Below are positions 19,102 to 28,988 of a stretch of 64,000 nucleotides of DNA, piece by piece. The stretch lies in the NCBI GenBank assembly GCA_000989305.1, contig LBTB01000001.1:2104-66103 (forward strand). The letters are read 5' to 3'. The position numbers were made by a program, and so were the translations under genes. The notes beneath the pieces are model-generated. The model saw nothing but the letters and a program-made list of their open reading frames with translations, was not told the DNA's origin and ran no database searches. The stretch is from Candidatus Shapirobacteria bacterium GW2011_GWF2_37_20 (GTDB lineage: Bacteria; Patescibacteriota; Microgenomatia; UBA12405). Position 1 is the first letter of the stretch; each line of letters begins with the position of its first letter.

Positions 19102-21768
19102 CTATATAATTTTGGGTGACTCGCCTACTTTGACGGGTTCTGCTAAAACGGTCATAGCGGAGACCTTGTCATCATTTTTTAGTCTCATGAGAATTACTCC
19201 ACGGGTGTTGCGTGAAAGTTTAGGAATGTCTTTGAGGGGGAGTTTGATGGTGACGGCTTTTTTGGAGACGAAGATGACCTGTTGACTATTTTCATTGACG
19301 ACAACTGCGGCAGCTAAATTGCCAGTTTTGGCGGTAAGATTGGCTACTTTGACGCCAAGACCACCTCTTCTCTGGAGGGGGTAGAGATAAGCGTCGCTAC
19401 GTTTACCCACACCATTTTCGGTGATGATTAATAAATGGCGAAAGAACTTAGTGCCCTTCTTTTCTTCAGTGGCGGCGACAATACTTTGAGGGAGAATGTC
19501 GATACCAACCAGATAGTCATTTTCTTTTAAGGTAATACCGCGAACGCCGCGGGTATGTCGACCCATGGGTCGACAATCGATTTCATTGAAACGGATACAT
19601 TTACCAACATGGGTAGCCATAAAGACTTGGTCGTTACCAGAAGTAAGACGGGCCCAGATTAATTCATCGTGGGGGTCAAGTTTGATGGCGGCCAGTCCGG
19701 AGAGCCGGATGTTTTTAAATTTTTCGATGGCAGTTTTTTTAATTGTGCCGTGTTTAGTGGCCAAAAGAATGTATTTAGCCGGATTATTTTTAGAGATGGG
19801 GAGAACGGTTTGAACAGTTTCACCCTGGATGATATTGATTAAATTAATGACGGCCTGACCTTTGGATTGTCGGCTACTTTCATTAATATCCCAAACCTTG
19901 ATTTTGAAACAACGGCCTTTGTTTGTGAAAATAAGAAGATCATCATGAGTGTCGACAAAAAGCATGTTTTCAACCTCGTCTTCTTGTTTTGTGGCCATAC
20001 CGGTGACACCAACTCCTCCACGTTGTTGAGTGCGGTAGGTTTCCATGGGAACACGCTTGATATAACCGCCACGGGTTAAAGTAACCAGGGTGGCTTCGTT
20101 GGGAATAAGATCTTCATCACTAAAGTCCTCGAGACCTTTAATGTAGATTTTAGTTAAACGTGGATCGGAATATTTTTCAGAAATTTCCTTATTTTCGGCC
20201 TTTAACACTTCAACCATTTTTTGGGGAAGACTGATAATGGCAGTTAATTCTTTAATGGTTTTTTGAATTTCATCGTATTCATTGTCAATTTTTTGTCGTT
20301 CTAAACCGGAAAGTTTTCGTAGCTGCATGTCTAGGATGGCCTGAGCTTGAAGATCGGTAAATCCAAATTTGGCCATTAATTTTGCTTTCGGGTCTTCATC
20401 TACTTTGGTGGCCCGAATAGTCTTAATGATTTCATCGATGACATCCAGGGCTTTTTTGAAACCCTCTAAAATGTGATTGCGCATATAGGCGGACTTTAGG
20501 TCAAATACAGTCCGGCGACGAATAATAATTTCCCGGTGACGAAGAAAGAGCAAGAGAATTTGGCGAAGATTTAGTGTTTGAGGAATACCATTAACTAAGG
20601 CCAAAAGATTGGCGGAATATGAGGATTGAAGTGCGGTGTATTTGAAAAGTTTATTGAGGACGGCTTTGGGTTTGCCGTTCTTTTTTATTTCGACAACAAC
20701 TCGGATACCATGTCTGTCTGATTCGTCGCGAAGATCAGAAATACCAATGATTTTTTTATCGGTAACCAGGCGAGCGATCTTTTGAATCATTTCAGATTTA
20801 TTGACCTGATACGGAAGTTCGGTGATAATAATTCTGATTTTTCCGGATTTTGTTTCTTCGATGTTGGTTTTTCCCCGGAGAGTAAATTTGCCCCGACCAG
20901 TGGTATACATCTCTAAAATACCGGTTTTTCCATATATTTCACCAGCAGTGGGAAAATCGGGTCCGGTAATAAATTTGGTTAGCTCTTCGATAGTGGCAGC
21001 GGTTTCGAAATTAAAAGAAAGTCTTTCTAATTCATGGACCGGCTTTAAAACAATTTCCTGAGTACTTAAGTGCTTGTCAAGAATGGGATTAATTTCAATT
21101 GGAGTTTCCTGTTTTTCTAAAGTGGCGGTATCCAGAACGTGTTCGATGCCGGCGCAAAGTTCTTTTAAGTTGTGGGGCGGAATGCGGGTGGCCATGCCAA
21201 CAGCGATACCGTCAGCGCCATTGAGAAGAAGGTTGGGAATTCTGGTGGGTAAAATCTCGGGTTCTTTCAAAGTAGAGTCAAAATTATCAACCATGGGAAC
21301 AGTGTCTTTTTCGATGTCGACTATCATTTCCGGGGAAATTTTACTCATTTTGGCTTCGGTGTAACGCATGGCGGCCGGAGGGTCACCGTCTATTGAACCA
21401 AAATTTCCTTGGCCATTTACCAGGGGGTAACGTAAAGAGAAACTTTGAGCCATGCGAACCATGGAACCGTAAACGGCCATGTCACCATGAGGGTGGTATT
21501 TACCTAAAACTTCACCGACAACTTTGGCAGATTTTGTAAAACGACCACCGGGAGTAAGACCCATTTGATCCATAGCATAAAGAATCCGGCGGTGAACAGG
21601 CTTCAGACCATCGCGGACATCAGGTAAAGCCCGGGCGACGATAACTGACATGGCGTAATCCAAATAGGATTTTTCCATTTCGGGAACAATATCGACTTCG
21701 AGGATTTTACCGACATTATTGATGAAAGCCGGAGTATCATTAACTATTTTGTTGGGTGTATCAGCCAT
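19102..21768 (-). CDS. gyrA: DNA gyrase subunit A
   Basis: 888 aa. '[13 protein letters not shown]' active-site Tyr region. C-terminal beta-pinwheel repeats. Confidence 0.95.
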   Translation of the reverse strand: MADTPNKIVNDTPAFINNVGKILEVDIVPEMEKSYLDYAMSVIVARALPDVRDGLKPVHRRILYAMDQMGLTPGGRFTKSAKVVGEVLGKYHPHGDMAVYGSMVRMAQSFSLRYPLVNGQGNFGSIDGDPPAAMRYTEAKMSKISPEMIVDIEKDTVPMVDNFDSTLKEPEILPTRIPNLLLNGADGIAVGMATRIPPHNLKELCAGIEHVLDTATLEKQETPIEINPILDKHLSTQEIVLKPVHELERLSFNFETAATIEELTKFITGPDFPTAGEIYGKTGILEMYTTGRGKFTLRGKTNIEETKSGKIRIIITELPYQVNKSEMIQKIARLVTDKKIIGISDLRDESDRHGIRVVVEIKKNGKPKAVLNKLFKYTALQSSYSANLLALVNGIPQTLNLRQILLLFLRHREIIIRRRTVFDLKSAYMRNHILEGFKKALDVIDEIIKTIRATKVDEDPKAKLMAKFGFTDLQAQAILDMQLRKLSGLERQKIDNEYDEIQKTIKELTAIISLPQKMVEVLKAENKEISEKYSDPRLTKIYIKGLEDFSDEDLIPNEATLVTLTRGGYIKRVPMETYRTQQRGGVGVTGMATKQEDEVENMLFVDTHDDLLIFTNKGRCFKIKVWDINESSRQSKGQAVINLINIIQGETVQTVLPISKNNPAKYILLATKHGTIKKTAIEKFKNIRLSGLAAIKLDPHDELIWARLTSGNDQVFMATHVGKCIRFNEIDCRPMGRHTRGVRGITLKENDYLVGIDILPQSIVAATEEKKGTKFFRHLLIITENGVGKRSDAYLYPLQRRGGLGVKVANLTAKTGNLAAAVVVNENSQQVIFVSKKAVTIKLPLKDIPKLSRNTRGVILMRLKNDDKVSAMTVLAEPVKVGESPKII

Positions 21769-21771
21769 ATT

Positions 21772-23730
21772 TTATATATCTAAATTTGCCAGATGGGCAT
21801 GAGTAACGATGAATTTTTTACGAGGCGGAACATCTTCGCCCATAAGAATCCGAAAGATTTCATCAGCTTTGGCGGCATCTGAAATGGAAACTTTTTTTAG
21901 TTGTCGGCTTTCCGGATTCATGGTGGTTTCCCAGAGCTGTTGGGGATTCATTTCTCCTAAACCTTTATAGCGTTGAAGGTCATAACTTTTGGAAGAATCA
22001 AGAGTTTTGACGTAAGACTCTTTGTCTTCGTCGGTATAAACGTATTTAACTTCTTTGCCTTGTTTGATTTTGTAAAGAGGCGGCATGGCAATATAAATAT
22101 GACCATTTTCAATTAAACCCGGTAAATGACGGAAGATAAAAGTCAAAAGCAGAGTGGCGATATGAGAGCCGTCAACGTCAGCATCAGACATTAAGATAAT
22201 CCGATGGTAACGAAGCTTTTCCAGATTAAAGGTGTCACCTATCCCCATACCCAGGGCAATAATGAAATCTTTTAGTTTATCTGAGCCAACGATTTTGTCC
22301 AGACGCATCCCTTCAGTGTTGAGGGCTTTTCCCCATAGAGGTAAAATGGCCTGAAATTTACGGTCGCGACCTTGTTTAGCGGAACCACCGGCGGAATCAC
22401 CTTCAACGATATAGATTTCGCAGTCGGCGGGATTTTTACTTTGACAATCAGCTAATTTACCCGGAAGTCCCATGGAGTCAAAGGCACCTTTGCGCATAAT
22501 AGCGTCTTTGGCGGCTTTGGCAGCTTTTCGAATCTGAATAGTCAGAAGAGCCTTGCTGATGATGGCTTTGGCAGTATCCGGATGTTCTTCAAAATAGGTA
22601 TCAAGCTGTTCCCGAACAATTTTAGCTACGATTGGCTGAACTTCAGAATTACCCAATTTACCTTTGGTTTGGCCCTCAAACTGGAGATCCTTGCTACCCA
22701 TTTTAATGGAAAGAGCGGCAGTAAGACCTTCACGGACATCGTCTCCGGTGATAGTATCGTCTTTGTTTTTGACCATTTCTTTACGTTCAGCATAGTCTTT
22801 TATGGCTTTAGTTAGGGCGATTTTGAACCCGGTTAGATGAGTTCCGCCTTCATGGGTATTGATAATGTTGACATAAGAAGGTGTGTTTTCCTGAAAGCTG
22901 TCATTGTATTGAATAGCAACTTCGACATCAACACCATCGCTGGTGCCATGGATGTAAATTGGCTCGTGAACGACAACTTTATTTTTGTTTAACTCCCGAA
23001 GTAAGGATAAAATTCCTCCTTCGAAATAATAGTGGTGTTCGGTGTGGTTTCTTTCGTCGAAGAAATGAAAATAAATTTTGCTAGTTAGATAAGCACGGTC
23101 TTTTAAGGCTTTGATAATGGTTTTATTGTCAAGTTCAATAGTTTCTTTGAAGATTTCGGTGTCAGGAAAAAAAGTGGTGGTGGTGCCAGTGGTGTTTTCC
23201 GAAATAATTTCTTTTAATTTTTCAATTTTGGTTGAGTCAATTGTGCTAAGCTTGGTTTTAATTTTTCCCCGGGAAAAATCCATGTAATAGATTTTTCCGT
23301 CACGGCGGACTTCGACTTGATAAAGCTGAGAGAGAGCATTAACACAGGCGGCACCAACACCATGTAAACCACCTGAGACTTTGTAGGCGGTGCCTTCAAA
23401 TTTACCACCTGAATGAAGAGTGGTCATGATGACTTCAAGAGCGGGTTTTTTGTATTTGGGCATGATGTCGATAGGAATACCTCGGCCATCGTCGGCGACG
23501 GTAGTTGAGTTGTCGGGATGGATAATTATCCAGATATTTTTGGCAAAACCAGCCAGGGCTTCATCAATTGAATTATCGATAATTTCCGTCAGACAGTGGT
23601 GGAGACCGTGAATATCGGTGGAACCGATATACATGGCTGGACGTTTTCGGACAGGTTCGAGTCCCTCGAGAACGACAATTTGATCAGAAGTATATTTATT
23701 AGTTTCAGGCATAAAAATTCTATCCCCCAA
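21772..23730 (-). CDS. gyrB: DNA gyrase subunit B
   Basis: GHKL ATPase motifs. Toprim 'EGDSAGG'. 'PLRGKILN'-type regions. Directly upstream of gyrA. Confidence 0.95.
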   Translation of the reverse strand: MGDRIFMPETNKYTSDQIVVLEGLEPVRKRPAMYIGSTDIHGLHHCLTEIIDNSIDEALAGFAKNIWIIIHPDNSTTVADDGRGIPIDIMPKYKKPALEVIMTTLHSGGKFEGTAYKVSGGLHGVGAACVNALSQLYQVEVRRDGKIYYMDFSRGKIKTKLSTIDSTKIEKLKEIISENTTGTTTTFFPDTEIFKETIELDNKTIIKALKDRAYLTSKIYFHFFDERNHTEHHYYFEGGILSLLRELNKNKVVVHEPIYIHGTSDGVDVEVAIQYNDSFQENTPSYVNIINTHEGGTHLTGFKIALTKAIKDYAERKEMVKNKDDTITGDDVREGLTAALSIKMGSKDLQFEGQTKGKLGNSEVQPIVAKIVREQLDTYFEEHPDTAKAIISKALLTIQIRKAAKAAKDAIMRKGAFDSMGLPGKLADCQSKNPADCEIYIVEGDSAGGSAKQGRDRKFQAILPLWGKALNTEGMRLDKIVGSDKLKDFIIALGMGIGDTFNLEKLRYHRIILMSDADVDGSHIATLLLTFIFRHLPGLIENGHIYIAMPPLYKIKQGKEVKYVYTDEDKESYVKTLDSSKSYDLQRYKGLGEMNPQQLWETTMNPESRQLKKVSISDAAKADEIFRILMGEDVPPRKKFIVTHAHLANLDI

Positions 23731-23909
23731 TTTAAAAAATACCGAATTATTGAGTTAAATTAATTGTAACAGATAAAAGTAGCTTAACAAGAAGCAAATT
23801 ACATGGAAAGATAGGGTAAAAATATTGATAAAAATGTATCAAAATAGGTCAAAAATGGGCTTAATTTAATGCCTTAAGTAAGGCAGATTTTTTGTGCTAA
23901 AATGGGCTT

Positions 23910-24167
23910 ATGGCAGTTGAATTTGATGGATTAGGTAATGTTGAAGTTCGCTTTGTTGGCGAAGAAAAGTTGTATTTAGTTTATGAACAACCGGCGGTGT
24001 TGAGGTCTGACCAGGTAGAATGGATGGTAAAAATGGGTCATCCGGTGGCAGAGGTGTTACCACAACACAGAAAAACCATGATCAACAGATTGAATAAGAG
24101 GGAGACGGAAAGAGTACAAGAAAATCGATGTTTTAGAAGAAAGGCTGTGAATTTTTCAGCTTTTTAA
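23910..24167 (+). CDS. Hypothetical protein (85 aa)
   Basis: ORF only. Confidence 0.3.
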   Translation: MAVEFDGLGNVEVRFVGEEKLYLVYEQPAVLRSDQVEWMVKMGHPVAEVLPQHRKTMINRLNKRETERVQENRCFRRKAVNFSAF

Positions 24168-24689
24168 TTTACCAAGAGCGTCGAAAGCAATGATGGCGGT
24201 GGCGACGAGGACATTGAGAGAAACATTGATACCGTACATGGGAATTTCAACGATTTGATCGCACATTTTTAGACTATTTTCCGTTATCCCATTCATTTCG
24301 CTGCCGGCAACGATAGCGAGGGGAAATTTGTATTTAGTTTTTTGGTAATTTATACTATTTTTCCCCTGTTCACAGGCAACTATTTGGTAACCCTCGGTTT
24401 TTAATTTGTTAAGACAATCCCTTACTCTGTTGAAATGTTCCCAGGGAATCCATTTCCAGGTGCCAATAGAAGCACGGTGGATTTTTAGATTGGGTGGAGT
24501 AACTACAGGGCCGCATAAGTAAATTTTACTGGCACCGAGGGCATCGGCTAGGCGGAAGAAGGAACCAATGTTGTAGGTGTCGAGGACGTTGTCTAACACC
24601 AGAACAATGGGGTTGCGCTTAATTTCTTTTTGTAATTTTGCCGAGTCCCCTACTCCACTTTTTCGTAATTGGTGAGAATTTAGTTTCAT
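24156..24689 (-). CDS. SpoU/TrmH-family RNA 2'-O-methyltransferase
   Basis: SPOUT motifs 'IVLVLDNVLDTYNIGSFFRLADALG' and 'IPMYGINVSLNVLVATAI'. Confidence 0.8.
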   Translation of the reverse strand: MKLNSHQLRKSGVGDSAKLQKEIKRNPIVLVLDNVLDTYNIGSFFRLADALGASKIYLCGPVVTPPNLKIHRASIGTWKWIPWEHFNRVRDCLNKLKTEGYQIVACEQGKNSINYQKTKYKFPLAIVAGSEMNGITENSLKMCDQIVEIPMYGINVSLNVLVATAIIAFDALGKLKS

Positions 24690-24754
24690 AGGATTATGGT
24701 TTTATTATAACAAAAAATCCCCCATTGCAGGGGGATTTTTAAGTTAAATCAATT

Positions 24755-25741
24755 TTAACAGCCTCCGGCGGCAGGAGCAACGCCTTCGAGGTCGTTTAGA
24801 ATACTTTTACATTCAGCAGGAGTTTTTTGAAAAGAGGCACAGAGGGCTTCTTTAATAACATTGGGAGTGCGATAACGATCCTGAGTGGCGACTTTACTGC
24901 CGATTTTAAGACTCCCCTTACCGTCTTGGGTATAAGCGGCTTCCGGGGGGAAGGCAACATCGTTAATTAATACGGTAGGAGAACTGGAGACATTATATTT
25001 ATTAGTAATGGCAATTTCTTTTTCAATTAAATCAATCCCCTCTTGATTAAAACATTGGGTGATTTTGGCAGTATCTAGTCCAGCGGATTTGGCCTGGTTT
25101 TCCCAACAGGTGTCGACATCTTGAGCGGTACAATTTTTGTTGATGGCGCCGATGAAATTCCACCATTGGGTTTTGTCAGTGCTTTGGTTCCAGACACAGA
25201 TTTCGCGAATATTCTGATTGGCTTCCTGACGACCATGAAGAGAAGCGTAAACGGCTCCATTTTCCGATTTGATGTAGGCACTCTCATTTTTACATTGAGT
25301 TAAATTACTAGCAATAACCTTTTTACATTCGGCTTCGGTGGTGAAATATTTATTTTGAACATAGAGAGCGCATTGGGTGGGGTCACCGGAGCGGGTTTTA
25401 CAATAGGTATCGAGATTTTCTATCTTTTCAAAGATATAGTGAGGAGTAATGTCAGCCTTGTCTTTAATTAAATCGAAAACCGGACGAAGAACATCTTCTA
25501 TTTGGTTGCCATAAGGACAAAAACTCATGACAAAGAATTTTAATTCAGGTTTTTGACTTTTTTGGGCGGCAAAAGTAATGGTGGTTGAGTTTGCGGTGGG
25601 GCTGGTACCCCTGGTGCTTTTAAGTTTATTCCAGGCAAATCCGGAATAAAAAGAGGTGCCAAGCAAAAGGATTCCAAAAGTTACGACAGCCGGTGTGGGA
25701 ATATTAATAGATTTTTTTATTTTTTTAAATGCTTTTTTCAT
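24755..25741 (-). CDS. Secreted Cys-rich protein, possibly thioredoxin-fold with degenerate CxxC (CPYG)
   Basis: N-terminal TM/signal. 'FVMSFCPYGNQ' sits where DsbA-like proteins carry CPxC. About 16 Cys in total. Confidence 0.5.
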   Translation of the reverse strand: MKKAFKKIKKSINIPTPAVVTFGILLLGTSFYSGFAWNKLKSTRGTSPTANSTTITFAAQKSQKPELKFFVMSFCPYGNQIEDVLRPVFDLIKDKADITPHYIFEKIENLDTYCKTRSGDPTQCALYVQNKYFTTEAECKKVIASNLTQCKNESAYIKSENGAVYASLHGRQEANQNIREICVWNQSTDKTQWWNFIGAINKNCTAQDVDTCWENQAKSAGLDTAKITQCFNQEGIDLIEKEIAITNKYNVSSSPTVLINDVAFPPEAAYTQDGKGSLKIGSKVATQDRYRTPNVIKEALCASFQKTPAECKSILNDLEGVAPAAGGC

Positions 25742-25755
25742 GAGGGAATGAATTA

Positions 25756-25962
25756 TTAATTACTTTCTTCAACAATAGAAATGGCGGTAACAGGGCAGGA
25801 GGAAATAGCTGTTTTAACATTTTCAGTAATAGTTTCTGGCTGGGCTTTAACCTTTGCTTTGTAGGTGGTGGCGTCCATCTCAAAGGTTTCTGGATCAATA
25901 AGCGGACAAGTATTACAACCAATACATTTTTCCTGGTCGACAACGACTTTGAATTTTGACAT
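25756..25962 (-). CDS. 4Fe-4S ferredoxin
   Basis: 'CIGCNTCPLIDP...SSCPVTAI' cluster-binding motifs. 68 aa. Confidence 0.8.
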   Translation of the reverse strand: MSKFKVVVDQEKCIGCNTCPLIDPETFEMDATTYKAKVKAQPETITENVKTAISSCPVTAISIVEESN

Positions 25963-25970
25963 ATATGAGA

Positions 25971-26471
25971 TTATAACAGAGTGCCGTCAAGATACTTTTT
26001 GTAAAAATTAGCAGAGACGATAATGGCATTGAGAAGCATGGCGATACGTTCTTCGGCTTCTTCGCGAGTAAGATTTTTTAAATTATTTGGAAAATAGTGA
26101 AAAATTTCATTACGACCATATTTCCAGGCACTCCAAAGTTTTTCGGCTAAAGACTCCCCCTCTTCGCTAAGATTGGCTAACTTTTGGTAGATGGAAAATC
26201 TTTTATAGCGAAGCGATGGGTTGAGAGTTTTACCAACCCGAAAACGGTCACTTTCGTAATCATATTTATCAATAACGTGGGTTTTTAGAAAAAAATCTTT
26301 AAGGTAGCCTTCATAGGCCTTAGAAATTGGAGAAACCAGGAAAGAATAATCATTGATGTGGTTGTGTTTGAGACTGGCTAAAACCACTACCACGTCGTTG
26401 ACCAAAGCGTCTTGGGAGGGAGAAAGATACCGTTTGGCTTCGGCCACTAATTGGGGAGAAATTTGGGTCAT
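25971..26471 (-). CDS. Hypothetical protein with HEPN-like Rx4H motif
   Basis: 166 aa, predicted all-alpha. 'GRNEIFH' fits the HEPN Rx4-6H signature. Assignment is tentative. Confidence 0.45.
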   Translation of the reverse strand: MTQISPQLVAEAKRYLSPSQDALVNDVVVVLASLKHNHINDYSFLVSPISKAYEGYLKDFFLKTHVIDKYDYESDRFRVGKTLNPSLRYKRFSIYQKLANLSEEGESLAEKLWSAWKYGRNEIFHYFPNNLKNLTREEAEERIAMLLNAIIVSANFYKKYLDGTLL

Positions 26472-27028
26472 CGAGAGCTAATTAAAAAGATGGTGAAAAA
26501 CAAATTGATAACTAAAAAGGTAAGAAGGTAATATTTTAAAGAATCAGTGGGAAGTTGTTTGTTTTCCCGGGCAAAGAGCCAAAGCTTGAGGTGAGAAGGA
26601 TCTCGGGAAAAATCTTTGATTTCGTCGGTCAATAGATGAAGGTTGACGGCTAAAAGAAAGGCTTTGGCAAAGATATTGGAACTTGAAGTAAAAACAAAAA
26701 ATGAGATTAAAGTTATGATAATTTGGAAAAAATAATGGTGAAAAATAAGGCTGGTATGGTGGGAGTGAGTAGTTTCAAGAAGTTTGAGAAGAGATTTAAA
26801 GTCTCCCTTTTTCCAGGCAGTTTTTGCCAGATGACTTTCGTCAAGATTGGGCTCTAAATAGAACCAATAGATTAAATGATCGATGTCGAGAAAAAAAGAG
26901 CCCCAGAGAAAGCCAAAGAAAAGAAAAACATAGTTGTACCAAACAACTTTTTGAAAAAGCCAAAGCAGGGAAACAACCAAAAAAATGGCAAAAAGAGGTA
27001 GTAAATGATTTTTTAATTCCTGTTTCAC
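26468..27028 (-). CDS. Hypothetical membrane protein with His-rich motif
   Basis: 'HSHHTSLIFHHY' plus 'DIDHLIYW'. Could be a membrane-bound metal-dependent hydrolase (YdjM-like). Overlaps the downstream gene by 4 nt. Confidence 0.5.
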   Translation of the reverse strand: MKQELKNHLLPLFAIFLVVSLLWLFQKVVWYNYVFLFFGFLWGSFFLDIDHLIYWFYLEPNLDESHLAKTAWKKGDFKSLLKLLETTHSHHTSLIFHHYFFQIIITLISFFVFTSSSNIFAKAFLLAVNLHLLTDEIKDFSRDPSHLKLWLFARENKQLPTDSLKYYLLTFLVINLFFTIFLISSR

Positions 27029-27051
27029 TAAAATAATATTAGCAGAAAAAT

Positions 27052-28281
27052 CTACTCGTATCTTAAGGCTTCGATGGGAGAGAGTTTGCTGGCTTTACGA
27101 GCAGGAGCGACGCCAAAAATGATACCAACCAGAAAGGAAACACCAAAAGCCAAGGTAACGGAACCCATGGTGACTTTGGCGGGAAAGAAATTATTTATGG
27201 CAGAAGTACCAAGGGAGCCTAAAATAATGCCAATTATTCCACCAATTCCGGAAAGAATCATGGCTTCAAAAAGAAATTGAATTAAAATGGCATTGGGAAA
27301 AGCACCAATAGCTTTACGAAGACCGATTTCACGGGTCCGTTCTGAGACAGTGACCAACATAATGTTCATAATACCGATACCGCCAACGACGAGAGAGATG
27401 GCGGCAATACCGGTCAGGGCAATGGTTAGGGTGGCAATAATTGAATTGATTGAACTTAATAGTTGAGAAGAATCAAAAACGGTAAAAGCATCTTTGTCAT
27501 ATTTTTTCAATAATAATTTATTGAGCTCAGATTTTGTTGGTTCAACCAAATCTTTACTGGAAGTCTTTATCATTATTTGGGCAAGATCTTCATTACCATT
27601 TATATTAAAGACAACGTTTAGGGGAGTGTAAACTTGACTGTCTTGATCTGGACCACCGAAGGATGAGCCTTTTTTGTCGACAATACCAATTATTTTATAA
27701 TTTTTCCCTTTGATAATAACGGTCCGATTTAGTGGATTTCCACCAGGAAAAAGATCATTGGCAATAGTGTAACCCATAACTAAAACTGGGCTACCTTTGT
27801 TGTACTCCTCCAGAGTAAACCAGCGACCGTTTCCGACAGAGGGTAAAAGATTTAGTAATTCACCGAGCTGATTGGTGGAACCGGCCAGGGTGATGTTATC
27901 TTTGGTAATTTTATTGGATTTTATTTCAATAATGGTGGCTGCCGTGGGCAGAACAGTAATTCCCCTTATATTGCGTTTAATATTGTTGACATCGGCAATA
28001 GAAAATTTGGTGGTGACAAAGCGAGAGCTTTCACCGCCACTAAAGCCTCCCTTGTCGTTAAAAATTTTTCCCGGGGAGATAAAAATTGAATTGGAGCCAA
28101 GACTTTCGAATTGCTGATTAATATAGATGGTTAAACCGTTACCAATTGAGGTTAGTAAAATGACAGAAGTTACGCCAATGATAATACCTAAGGATGTGAG
28201 TAATGTTCGGCTTTTATTTTTTAAAACGGCGCGAATACTACTTTGAAACAAGTCACTGAGAGATGGTTTTATTTTTAACAT
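27052..28281 (-). CDS. ABC transporter permease, FtsX/MacB type
   Basis: N-terminal TM, large extracytoplasmic domain, C-terminal FtsX-type 3-TM bundle. Confidence 0.85.
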   Translation of the reverse strand: MLKIKPSLSDLFQSSIRAVLKNKSRTLLTSLGIIIGVTSVILLTSIGNGLTIYINQQFESLGSNSIFISPGKIFNDKGGFSGGESSRFVTTKFSIADVNNIKRNIRGITVLPTAATIIEIKSNKITKDNITLAGSTNQLGELLNLLPSVGNGRWFTLEEYNKGSPVLVMGYTIANDLFPGGNPLNRTVIIKGKNYKIIGIVDKKGSSFGGPDQDSQVYTPLNVVFNINGNEDLAQIMIKTSSKDLVEPTKSELNKLLLKKYDKDAFTVFDSSQLLSSINSIIATLTIALTGIAAISLVVGGIGIMNIMLVTVSERTREIGLRKAIGAFPNAILIQFLFEAMILSGIGGIIGIILGSLGTSAINNFFPAKVTMGSVTLAFGVSFLVGIIFGVAPARKASKLSPIEALRYE

Positions 28282-28988
28282 GGATTGCTGGTAACCTTAC
28301 CATCCTTAATAATTATTATGCGCTCCGCCTGCCTAGCTAATTCCATATCGTGGGTGACAAGAATTATCGTGTTACCTTCGTTATGGAGTTGGTGAAAAAG
28401 GGCGATGATTTCTTTGCCGGATTTGGAATCAAGATTTCCGGTGGGTTCATCAGCCATAATAATTTTTGGATTATTGATAAGAGCCCTGGCTATAGCGACG
28501 CGTTGTTGTTGACCACCAGAAAGCTGGGCTGGGGTGTTTCTTAGTTTATCCCCTAGCCCGACTTTAGTCAGCATTTCTATTGATTTAGGCAATCGTTCAG
28601 ATTTTGGAACATTAGAATATAAAAGAGGTAGGGAGACATTTTCAGTGGCAGAGGTTTTGGCTAAAAGATTGAATTGCTGAAAGACAAAACCGAGGGTAAT
28701 ATTTCTGGTTTTGGCGAGTTCTTCTTCGTTGAGGTGGGAAATATTTTGACCTTCAAGTAGAACTTGGCCGGAGGTAGGGTTGTCCAAGAGTCCGACGATA
28801 TGCATCAGGGTTGATTTTCCGGAACCACTGGGGCCGGTAATAGAAATGAATTCACCTTGATTGATACAAAGCGAAACTCCATCAAGAGCGTTGAAGGTGG
28901 TGTTTCCAGAGGTGTAAGTCTTAACGATATCCTTTAATTCCAAAACAGGCTTTAAGGATTTAGATTTTTTTGATAACAACTGAGTCAT
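28275..28988 (-). CDS. ABC transporter ATP-binding protein (MacB/LolD type)
   Basis: Walker A 'GPSGSGKST'. ABC signature 'LSGGQQQRVAIARAL'. Walker B 'IIMADEPTGNLD'. Confidence 0.92.
   Translation of the reverse strand: MTQLLSKKSKSLKPVLELKDIVKTYTSGNTTFNALDGVSLCINQGEFISITGPSGSGKSTLMHIVGLLDNPTSGQVLLEGQNISHLNEEELAKTRNITLGFVFQQFNLLAKTSATENVSLPLLYSNVPKSERLPKSIEMLTKVGLGDKLRNTPAQLSGGQQQRVAIARALINNPKIIMADEPTGNLDSKSGKEIIALFHQLHNEGNTIILVTHDMELARQAERIIIIKDGKVTSNPC

Noticed and set aside
23910-24167. Assigning a function to the 85-aa ORF between gyrB and the SpoU methyltransferase
   Set aside because: No motif is recognisable. It is left as a low-confidence hypothetical protein.
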